64,000 bases of DNA from Rhodospirillaceae bacterium (GTDB taxonomy: Bacteria > Pseudomonadota > Alphaproteobacteria > MPNO01 > UBA2964): the NCBI GenBank assembly GCA_002709075.1, contig PAPV01000005.1, positions 13,352-77,351 of the forward strand, in the 5' to 3' direction. Of this stretch, positions 42,017 to 50,409 are shown piece after piece (the stretch's first letter is position 1; each line of letters starts with the position of its first letter). The position numbers were made by a program, and so were the translations under genes. The notes beneath the pieces were generated by a model. It saw nothing but the letters and a program-made list of their open reading frames with translations, did not search any database and was not told the origin of the DNA.

Positions 42017-42652
42017 TTACTTTAATATAAGACTCTCTATTTGTTCTATCAAAAATACAAGTCCAACCCCCAGAGCTATTGCTCCCCCAATGCGTGGTTG
42101 AATTTCTTGCGTATGTTTTGCTTTCCAAACAGTTAAAATTAACCAAGATGTGCCCATCGCTATGCAATATTGTATTACTGCAAAACCTATTAAATACGAG
42201 AGAAAAGGTGATGTTTCCGCGCCAAGAATTGCGGCACCGTATGCACACCCATGGAAAAATCCGGCAATTGCGAAGATTGCAGCAAATATTTTTGTGTTAT
42301 ACTTATGTCCGGAAACTACAAGTATTCCAGCCAAAACTACAGAACTAGCAATTGTTGCTTCAAGAAACGGTAGCATGAGTCCATTCGTACTAACTATGCA
42401 TCCGGTAACAGTTGCTGTGATAAAAGTAATAGTTAATATTTTACGTAAAGAACAAAAAGCTACCGCAATGCCAACTAAAATAATGAAAGCTAAATGATCA
42501 AATCCAATAACCGGATGTCCGAAACCTGATAAAAGACCTTGCCAAAATGTTACAGGCACTTGTCCCCCCATGGGATGGTGAGCAAATACCGGGTTTGCGA
42601 ATAATGTTGCGCTCGGAATCCCAAGAACAATAAGGTTTTTGATCTTTACCAT
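42017..42652 (-). CDS. HupE/UreJ family Ni/Co transporter
   Basis: Signal then AHHPMGG, GFGHPVIGFDHL, GFFHGCAYG. Confidence 0.9.
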   Translation of the reverse strand: MVKIKNLIVLGIPSATLFANPVFAHHPMGGQVPVTFWQGLLSGFGHPVIGFDHLAFIILVGIAVAFCSLRKILTITFITATVTGCIVSTNGLMLPFLEATIASSVVLAGILVVSGHKYNTKIFAAIFAIAGFFHGCAYGAAILGAETSPFLSYLIGFAVIQYCIAMGTSWLILTVWKAKHTQEIQPRIGGAIALGVGLVFLIEQIESLILK

Positions 42653-42816
42653 TTCCTTAACATATATTTATTAATGCAAAAAAACATTTAGTTTTCAAAT
42701 TGATAAAAACTCTTTTCATATGTTGCAATATATTGCGCTTATAATTTGGATGGTTAAATGGTTGAAATGGTTTTACAGTTCAAAAAATATATAATCAAGG
42801 ACTCAAGGAGGCCAAA

Positions 42817-44223
42817 ATGTCAAGGAATCAAGATCTCCGATCTTTTATTAGCCAAGTACGGAAACTTGGGCCAAAATTCTATCAGAGTGTCTCACGGTCC
42901 GTAAAACCTCAGTATGAAAGCTGCGTTATACAGCAAAAGCTTGCAGTTCAAGATCGCTATCCCATTGTATCTTTCTCGAAAGTAAGTGGTTCGAAGCGGT
43001 CCATGATCTCAAATATCTTCGGTAGTTATGATCTATTGGGTTTGGCCCTAGGTGTAAGCCCAGGCGGAGACAGATCTATGGTTTTAAAAGCTTTCAGAGA
43101 ACGGGCAGAAAATCCTTTTCAACCAGTTTATGTTTCTAAAAATTACGCGCCAGTGCGAGAGGTTATTGAAACTGGAGATGATGTTGATCTTTCTTCATTG
43201 CCGATTGTTCATCACGCTGAACAGGATTCAGGGAAATACATTACTGCTGGAGTATTAATTGTAAAAGACCCTGATTCTGGCGTGTTCAATACAGGTATGT
43301 ACAGACACGAGTTGAAGGGAAAAAAAGAACTTAGTTGTATGTTTAATCCTGCGCACCATGCTGCTCATATTTATCGCCGTTGTAGGGATCTCAAAAAACC
43401 AATGGAGGCAATTCTTTTCATCGGCCATCATCCCGCAGCACTAATCGGATCTTTATCAGAAGGCACAATAAATACATCAGAACTAGATATTATGGGAGGC
43501 TTGATGGGAGAACCGCTAGCAGTCATAAATGGTGAAACTGTGGATCTTCCAGTGCCTGCATTTGCCGAAATTGCTATTGAGGGATACCTTGATCCCGATA
43601 GTGAAACATCAGATGGTCCATTTGCCGAGTTTACTAACTATTACGGACCAGCGAAAGATACTGTAGGTCTTTTGAATGTAACCGCAATTACTAGACGCGG
43701 AGATGCTATTTATCATGATCTTGATCCTGCACACCAAGAACATAATCTTGCAAATGCATTATCACTTGAAAGCCGAGTTTTTGATAGCGTTAAGACGCTT
43801 GTGCCGTCAGTAAGCGCAGTTTCTGTTCCTGTAGCCGGTTCATGTAGATTCATGACTTATGTTGCGATTCGGAAAACTGTTCCGGGCCAAGGAAAATCAG
43901 CTGGTATTGCTGCGATAAGCGCAAATCCTAATTTAAAAACCGTAATTGTGGTTGATGCCGATGTTGATATTTACGACGATACTCGTGTTCTTTGGGCGCT
44001 AAATACTTGTTGCGAGGCCGACCAAGATCTTACAATCATTCCCTATGCGTTGGGTTCTCACCTTAATCCTTCATCATATGGGGAGTGGCGCGATAAACGG
44101 GGCCCTATGAATACTAAAATGATTTTCGATGCTACTCGTCCTGTTTCTAAATCCTTTGAGGAACCAATTTTTCCGCCTAAGGAAGCTTGGTCACGCATCA
44201 ATTTAAACGACTGGCTAGATTAA
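42817..44223 (+). CDS. UbiD-family (prFMN-dependent) decarboxylase, substrate unknown
   Basis: DLRSFI, DSGKYIT, NTGMYR, AEIAIEG, DGPFAEFTNYY, VVDADVD, KMIFDAT. Confidence 0.92.
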   Translation: MSRNQDLRSFISQVRKLGPKFYQSVSRSVKPQYESCVIQQKLAVQDRYPIVSFSKVSGSKRSMISNIFGSYDLLGLALGVSPGGDRSMVLKAFRERAENPFQPVYVSKNYAPVREVIETGDDVDLSSLPIVHHAEQDSGKYITAGVLIVKDPDSGVFNTGMYRHELKGKKELSCMFNPAHHAAHIYRRCRDLKKPMEAILFIGHHPAALIGSLSEGTINTSELDIMGGLMGEPLAVINGETVDLPVPAFAEIAIEGYLDPDSETSDGPFAEFTNYYGPAKDTVGLLNVTAITRRGDAIYHDLDPAHQEHNLANALSLESRVFDSVKTLVPSVSAVSVPVAGSCRFMTYVAIRKTVPGQGKSAGIAAISANPNLKTVIVVDADVDIYDDTRVLWALNTCCEADQDLTIIPYALGSHLNPSSYGEWRDKRGPMNTKMIFDATRPVSKSFEEPIFPPKEAWSRINLNDWLD

Positions 44224-44449
44224 TCTATATCCAAGTTATGCAAAAAGCCTGTGTATTATTAATAAGAGGAAGCTTACTTGCGGGGTTTTTTAGTCAGTAA
44301 GTTTTCTTTTAGGTCAAGTCCCGTAAATAATATTGAAAAACGCAAGAGTTCTGATGAGTTCATTAATTATAAAACCATATCTGATTTACTAACTTTGCCT
44401 AAAATTACAAAGATTTCCTTTGCACATTTTTTCTTACTACATGTCAGGG

Positions 44450-45796
44450 TTATCGTTTGTTTTCTGGATGTACCTCTGGATGAATAAACAAAAGCCATGC
44501 GAGCCAGAACATGAATATTGTCGATATTAAACCAATTACAAAGAAACTAGCTTCCAGTCCTATCAGTCCAGCAAGCCAACCCATGAGAACTGGGGCTCCA
44601 ACGGAAGTAAAACGGTTTGCAGTTCCACGAAGGCCAATTGCACGGCCTTTAGATTCAGGTCCAGCTGTCGCTAGCATTAAATTAATAATTAATGGTTGGT
44701 GAATTCCATTTGATAAATTCCGTACACAAGACATTATACAAAATGCTACGTACACAGCTATAAGTGGAGAAATTTCAAGTAGCCAATTTATACTACCTGC
44801 AACAAAAGATTTTACCGGTGTGGTTGATATTAAAGGGGTAATGCAAATCAACACCAACCCTATAAATACGGAAGTCCAGAGTAACCAGTAGGCCTTTATG
44901 TGGCGCCGCAAAGATTGTGCCCAAAGTGACCCTATAGCTGCGGTTGCAGATGAAAGAGACACCAAATAACCAATTAAGGTCGCCGAAATGTTCTCAACCT
45001 CGCCCAACCAATAAATAAAAAAAGTACTGTTAATATTATTTCCGACATGGACCATCATGCCAATCATCACTGTGATTGAGACTGCGGGTATAGACAATAG
45101 CCGTAAAGAAAAAACGTACTCCGTAAAACGTGGTTTGATTTCGCGGAGGGTGATAGGTGGAATTGGTGTCCCTTTTTTTTCTGCTTCGCGCTCACGAGCA
45201 TTTTTAATTGGGGGTAAAAACAAAATACATAAAATAAATCCAACACCGCATAGACCGACGAGGCTGAATGCTGCCCATGGCCCTGCTAAGTCCCAAGTAT
45301 GACCAACAACCGGGGGCCCTAACATGTGGCCAATTCTTATAACGGCTCCGAGTCTGCCCGCATATCTTGTTCTTCCTTTCATTACCTGACCCACAAGAGT
45401 CTGTGCCCCCATCCAACCGATCGAGTCTGTCATGCCTGATATCAATTGGATGATTATAAAAGCCCATATAAACGGAAGAGCTGGATACATAAAAGGCGTC
45501 ACTAAAGCAGCAAGACCGATAACTAAAAGAACGCGATTAGTGCCTATTCGGTCCATAAGGATGCCGGCATGTATTGAAAATAAAAGAGATAATACGGGCC
45601 GACATCCAAGTGCGATTCCAGCAAGAAGACCTGCCTGAAGACCCAACTGCTGAGCCGCAAATAGCGGCACAATTGGCATTAACATAAAATGGGTACTGGT
45701 AGAGAATAACCCAATTCCATAAATAGCAACTTCATGCCGGAGGGGAATTGATTCAACCGGTAAACTTTTTGAAGATTGTTTATTGTTTTTTTTCAC
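44450..45796 (-). CDS. MFS transporter
   Basis: About 12 TMs; GILMDRIGTNR motif A. Confidence 0.88.
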   Translation of the reverse strand: MKKNNKQSSKSLPVESIPLRHEVAIYGIGLFSTSTHFMLMPIVPLFAAQQLGLQAGLLAGIALGCRPVLSLLFSIHAGILMDRIGTNRVLLVIGLAALVTPFMYPALPFIWAFIIIQLISGMTDSIGWMGAQTLVGQVMKGRTRYAGRLGAVIRIGHMLGPPVVGHTWDLAGPWAAFSLVGLCGVGFILCILFLPPIKNAREREAEKKGTPIPPITLREIKPRFTEYVFSLRLLSIPAVSITVMIGMMVHVGNNINSTFFIYWLGEVENISATLIGYLVSLSSATAAIGSLWAQSLRRHIKAYWLLWTSVFIGLVLICITPLISTTPVKSFVAGSINWLLEISPLIAVYVAFCIMSCVRNLSNGIHQPLIINLMLATAGPESKGRAIGLRGTANRFTSVGAPVLMGWLAGLIGLEASFFVIGLISTIFMFWLAWLLFIHPEVHPENKR

Positions 45797-45927
45797 GTCT
45801 ATTAATATTTACACAACGGAATTTTTCATAAATTAAAGCCGTATATCTGTCTACTCTCGGGGTTTTATAGAACCTATGGCAGTGTTATCTTTTTATACTA
45901 ATTTTTTGAATAATCCGAGGAAAAAAA

Positions 45928-46920
45928 ATGCGTGCAGTCGTCATCGACGAATTTGGGCCAGTTGAAAACCATCAACTTAAAGAAATCAATAAGCCAAAAC
46001 CGGGCGAGGGTGAGGTCCTCATCGACGTGGTTGCAATCGGCGTGAATTTTCCGGACACGCTTATGATGCAGGGGTTATATCAGACTAAACCTCAACGTCC
46101 TTTCACTCCGGGAAGAGATATTGCCGGTACAGTAACAGAAGTTGGAAGTGGAGTTGTAGAATTTAGTCCAGGTGACCGAGTTGTTGCAATTGTTCCATGG
46201 GGTGGCTACGCAGAATTCGCGGTCGCGCCGGTAGCAAGATGTTTTAGTCTTCCTGACCATGTTGATTACGAAACTGCAGCCGGAATGATTACTACCTATA
46301 TGACTGCTTGGGTAGCTTTGATGGAACGTGGTGCCTACAATGTAGGCGAAAAGGTTTTAGTTCTTGGCGCAAGTGGCGGCGTTGGATTAGCGGCAATCCA
46401 AATTATAAAAGCAAAAGGCGGTGTGGCAGTCGGTGGCTCCTTATCGGCAGCTAGTCGGAAGGTCGTTACAGAAAATGGTGCAGATGCTGTAATCGATTTG
46501 GCGCGTGGAGACCCAAAAGAGAGCTTGCGAGCTCAGGTTTTTGAGGCAGTTGGTGAAGATGGTGTTGATATTTGCTTAGATCCAGTGGGAGGGCAGTATT
46601 TTGATGCCGCACTGCGGGCACTTTCCTTCGCTGGCAGGATTGTTGTGATTGGATTTGTAGATGGTATACCAACCGCACGTCCCAATTATTTTAATGTTAA
46701 AAATTTGACTATGGCAGGAATGGCGTTGGATCTGCATTTTCGATTTAAACCGGAGGTGATTAATAAGGCGATCTCTGATATTTTTTTAATGTACAAAGAG
46801 AAAAGTATTAGTCCAGTAATTACCTCCGTGGTTGCACTTGATAAATGGAAGGATGCAGTGACTCAAATAGGTAAGGGTAAAAGTGCTGGAAAAATCGTTT
46901 TGTCGACCAGTCGAGAATAG
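45928..46920 (+). CDS. NADPH:quinone oxidoreductase / MDR family reductase
   Basis: GVNFPD, PFTPG, GASGGVG. Confidence 0.9.
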   Translation: MRAVVIDEFGPVENHQLKEINKPKPGEGEVLIDVVAIGVNFPDTLMMQGLYQTKPQRPFTPGRDIAGTVTEVGSGVVEFSPGDRVVAIVPWGGYAEFAVAPVARCFSLPDHVDYETAAGMITTYMTAWVALMERGAYNVGEKVLVLGASGGVGLAAIQIIKAKGGVAVGGSLSAASRKVVTENGADAVIDLARGDPKESLRAQVFEAVGEDGVDICLDPVGGQYFDAALRALSFAGRIVVIGFVDGIPTARPNYFNVKNLTMAGMALDLHFRFKPEVINKAISDIFLMYKEKSISPVITSVVALDKWKDAVTQIGKGKSAGKIVLSTSRE

Positions 46921-46930
46921 GAGCTTATTT

Positions 46931-47623
46931 ATGGCTAACCGGACCCAAAAAATTATTCAAAACGCGCTAAGCCGAGGACAATCTGCTCTTTCTGAGTACG
47001 AGAGTAAAAGAGTGCTTGCGGCTTACGGAATACCAATTAGTAAGGAATTACTGGTAACTTCTGCTTCTCAAGCGCGCGCTGCTGCAAAAAAGATTGGTTA
47101 TCCAATTGTGCTCAAGGCCTGCTCACCAAATGAAACTCATAAAACCGAAAAGGGATTAGTAGTTGTCAACTTATCAAATCAAAAAGAATTGAACTTAGCT
47201 TGGTTGTCCCTTGGAAAAAAAGCAGGCAAGTCATACAAAGGTGCTTGGTTGGTCCAAGAGATGGTAAAGGGTTCACGCGAAATTATGATCGGGATGCATC
47301 GCGACCCCGGATTTGGCCCAGCTGTGATGTTCGGTTTAGGGGGTATTTTTACTGAAATTCTACAAGATGTGGTATTCCGGGTAGCGCCATTACGCAAAAG
47401 AGATGCGAGCGATATGCTGCGTGGCATAAGAGCAAAAAAAATACTTAATGAAATCCGTGGTTTGCCTGCTGCTAATCGAGAGATTTTAACACACACTTTG
47501 ATGGCAGTTGGACAAATCGCTTTGGATCACCCAGATATTGCCGAAATCGATATTAATCCGATGATTATTCGCGGAGCAAAAGCGGTTGCAGTTGATGGTT
47601 TGATTATGTTTTCGGAGAGCTAA
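46931..47623 (+). CDS. ADP-forming acyl-CoA synthetase, beta (ATP-grasp) subunit
   Basis: LSEYESKRVL, GYPIVLK, HKTEKG, FGPAVMFGLGG, EIDINP. Confidence 0.9.
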   Translation: MANRTQKIIQNALSRGQSALSEYESKRVLAAYGIPISKELLVTSASQARAAAKKIGYPIVLKACSPNETHKTEKGLVVVNLSNQKELNLAWLSLGKKAGKSYKGAWLVQEMVKGSREIMIGMHRDPGFGPAVMFGLGGIFTEILQDVVFRVAPLRKRDASDMLRGIRAKKILNEIRGLPAANREILTHTLMAVGQIALDHPDIAEIDINPMIIRGAKAVAVDGLIMFSES

Positions 47624-47626
47624 ATA

Positions 47627-49018
47627 ATGCCTTCGATTATGGAAAGGTTTTTCAATCCTAAGTCTGTGGTAATTGTTGGCGCGTCGGGTACGGTGGGAAA
47701 ACCAGGAAACGTTGTAATTCAGAATATGCTGGATAATAAATATAGGGGCGAAATTTTTCTGGTTAATCCACGTGGTGGTAAAATTGGGAAGTTACCAGTG
47801 ATAACGTCCATAAATAAACTACCAGAAAATATTGATCAGGCCGTGGTAACACTCCCCGCTGATTTGGTGCCAGAGACGATTCGTGCGCTATCCAAAAAAG
47901 GTGTTAATGCAATAATTTTAGCCGCAAGCGGGTTTGCGGAAGTAGACCAATTGGGAGAGAAACGTCAAAAAGAACTGCTTCAAGTAATCAAAGAAACTGG
48001 TGCCCGAGTAATTGGGCCTAATACCACGGGGCATATTTCGGTTCCCTCTAATTTTACATCGAGTTTTTTTCCGCTTGGCAAAGTTCCGCGAGGGAGTGTT
48101 TCTTACATTGCACAAACCGGAAACTTTTGCGGGATATCTATACGCCATTTAATAAGCGCAGAAAATTATGGTATAGCACGATCCTGTGGTCTCGGAAATA
48201 AAGCTGATCTGGATGAATGCGATATTTTAGAATTCTATGGGCAAGACGATGAAACCAAATCTATTTTCATGTACTTGGAGAGCATAAGCAATCCAACACG
48301 GTTTTTGAGAGTTGCTAAGCGTGTTTCAAGGAACAAGCCAGTTTTTTTACTCAAAGGGGGAGCAACAGAAGCAGGAGCTGCAGCTGCTCTGGCTCACACA
48401 GGATCGTTGGCGGCCGATGGCAGGATTGTTGAGGGTGCTATTATGCAAGCAGGTGTGACAAGGCTTACTCAATACTCACAGCTATTTCACGTTGCAAAAG
48501 CGCTAGATATGATGCCAATCCCCCGGGGTAATCGTGTGTCATTTCTCTCCCCATCTGGAGCATTTACTGTTTGCATGACTGATGTGTGTCGCAGTCTTGG
48601 TCTCGAAGTACCTGAGTTAGAGGATAAAACATGTAAGCGACTTCAGGATTTTGCCCCACCTTTTATTCGTATGCGCAATCCAGTAGATATTTTTGGATCA
48701 GTTGGAATTCATGGATATGATGTTGCATACAAAGATGCGTTAGAGGGGGTGTTAATAGATCGTAATATAGACTCTGTTGTTGCTATTTTAATGCTTACTA
48801 CTGAAACGGGAATACCGGATTTAAAATTTATTGTTGATCTAGCTAATAAATATTCAACCAAGCCAATTTATGTCACTTTTATGGGTGAACACAGACACAA
48901 TATGGCTTCCAAGGAATTCCTAGAAGCTTCGGGTGTTCCGTGTTATTTAGAAATTGAGAGGCCATTCGAGGTTCTGTCAATTTTGGCGAAGTGCCGCCAA
49001 TATATGCGTCGAAGTTGA
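47627..49018 (+). CDS. ADP-forming acyl-CoA synthetase, alpha (CoA-binding) subunit
   Basis: FFNPKSVVIVGAS, IGPN, LGNKAD, phospho-His motif AHTGSLA, NPVD. Confidence 0.9.
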   Translation: MPSIMERFFNPKSVVIVGASGTVGKPGNVVIQNMLDNKYRGEIFLVNPRGGKIGKLPVITSINKLPENIDQAVVTLPADLVPETIRALSKKGVNAIILAASGFAEVDQLGEKRQKELLQVIKETGARVIGPNTTGHISVPSNFTSSFFPLGKVPRGSVSYIAQTGNFCGISIRHLISAENYGIARSCGLGNKADLDECDILEFYGQDDETKSIFMYLESISNPTRFLRVAKRVSRNKPVFLLKGGATEAGAAAALAHTGSLAADGRIVEGAIMQAGVTRLTQYSQLFHVAKALDMMPIPRGNRVSFLSPSGAFTVCMTDVCRSLGLEVPELEDKTCKRLQDFAPPFIRMRNPVDIFGSVGIHGYDVAYKDALEGVLIDRNIDSVVAILMLTTETGIPDLKFIVDLANKYSTKPIYVTFMGEHRHNMASKEFLEASGVPCYLEIERPFEVLSILAKCRQYMRRS

Positions 49019-49029
49019 TAAGTTTGACG

Positions 49030-49074
49030 CTGAGTTAGTAAATGGAAAATTAAATTTCTATTTTGTTAACTTAG
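49030..49074. terminator. Possible hairpin between convergent genes
   Basis: CTGAGTTAGTAAATGGAAA...TTTCTATTTTGTTAACTTAG can pair only with several G-U pairs and a bulge. Confidence 0.3.
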
Positions 49075-49096
49075 AAATGCACCGGGTATTAATGAA

Positions 49097-49594
49097 CTAT
49101 TTATTTGGTCTATTTTCACAATAATCCATTACCGCCCTAACCATACCGACATATCCAGTACAACGGCACAAATGCCCGGAAAGCACTGTTCGCAATTCTT
49201 CCTCAGTCGGATTTGGGCTTTCCCGAAGGTAAGCTGTGACAGACATTAATACACCGGTAGTGCAATAGCCGCATTGTAATCCATGATGTTTTTTAAACGC
49301 TTTCTGTAGACCCGAGAGTTCACCATTTTCATCTGCCAGACTCTCTGACGTATCTACTGTACACCCGTCAGCTTGAACTGCAAAAGTTAGACATGCTCTA
49401 GTAATATTTCCGTCAACTAAGACTGTACATGCACCGCAAACACCGTGCTCGCATCCTACATGACAACTTGTAATTCCAATTTCATGAGTTAAAAAATCTG
49501 TTAGAAGCATCCTTGGTTCAGCATAACCATTTACTTCCTTACCATTTAAATTAATCGTTACAGGATGTTTAGCTTCCTTATTTAGCTGCGGCAT
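49097..49594 (-). CDS. hmfC: 2Fe-2S subunit of a molybdenum hydroxylase (2-furoyl-CoA dehydrogenase small subunit-like)
   Basis: GCEHGVCGACT, QCGYC, HLCRCTGY; third gene of the operon. Confidence 0.8.
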   Translation of the reverse strand: MPQLNKEAKHPVTINLNGKEVNGYAEPRMLLTDFLTHEIGITSCHVGCEHGVCGACTVLVDGNITRACLTFAVQADGCTVDTSESLADENGELSGLQKAFKKHHGLQCGYCTTGVLMSVTAYLRESPNPTEEELRTVLSGHLCRCTGYVGMVRAVMDYCENRPNK

Positions 49595-50409
49595 TTTTTG
49601 GCTTCCTCAATTGTGTTTTTACCTAATCGCCTGACTAACTCTCTTCGGTACCGCGATGTTGCGTGAACATCATCATAACCGCCAAGATCCCAAGCAAAAG
49701 CGTTCAGTGCATCTTCCAGCGCACTTCCATCCAACATATTCCATTCCCTAACTGTCGGTTTATCTGCAACACCCCCAATCCCAAGTTTAATTTTATCGGC
49801 CGTAACTACCGCGGCGACAGCCACAATCGCATAATCCCCGTGCCTCTGTGACATTTCACGAAAAGCATAGCCAGCGTCTGGATTTGCTATCGGATAACGC
49901 GCTGCGGTTACCATTTCATTGCTGCGCTTAGCTACAGACAACATACCAGTTTGAAATTCCTTAGCCTTAAGACTTCGAGTTCCCGTGGCTGATGAAAGTA
50001 CAACTTCGCCGCCTAACGTAGCTAAACAAAGTGGAAGTTCAGAAGAAGGATCTGCATGTACGAGAGAACCACATACAGTACCGCGTGCCCGGGTTTGATA
50101 GTGTCCGAGAACAGGAAGCGCTTTTGCTATCAAAGGAAGTTTACTTTGTGTTTGGGGCCATTTTTCAAGTTCGCATTGACGGGTTGCCGACCCGATTTCA
50201 ATCATCCCATTTGTTTCTTTTATATACTTGCGTTCTTCGATCTTAGAAATATCAATTAATATAGAAGGTTCCACTAAGCGAAAGTTTAACATTGGAACTA
50301 AAGACATGCCTCCAGCAATCAATCTTGCATCCTCGCCACCTTGCTCAAGCGCGTGAGTCGCTTCAGCAACCGACCCGACTTTCAAATAATCAAATCCCTT
50401 TGGCTTCAT
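49582..50409 (-). CDS. hmfB: FAD-binding subunit of a molybdenum hydroxylase (2-furoyl-CoA dehydrogenase medium subunit-like)
   Basis: MKPKGFDY, AGGMSLVPMLNFR, RGTVCGSLVHADPSSE, RHGDYA. ATGA overlap with the large-subunit stop. Confidence 0.8.
   Translation of the reverse strand: MKPKGFDYLKVGSVAEATHALEQGGEDARLIAGGMSLVPMLNFRLVEPSILIDISKIEERKYIKETNGMIEIGSATRQCELEKWPQTQSKLPLIAKALPVLGHYQTRARGTVCGSLVHADPSSELPLCLATLGGEVVLSSATGTRSLKAKEFQTGMLSVAKRSNEMVTAARYPIANPDAGYAFREMSQRHGDYAIVAVAAVVTADKIKLGIGGVADKPTVREWNMLDGSALEDALNAFAWDLGGYDDVHATSRYRRELVRRLGKNTIEEAKKCRS

Noticed and set aside
42653-42816. Cobalamin riboswitch upstream of hupE/ureJ
   Set aside because: The spacer is short and very AT-rich, with no B12-box or GGGAA core motifs.
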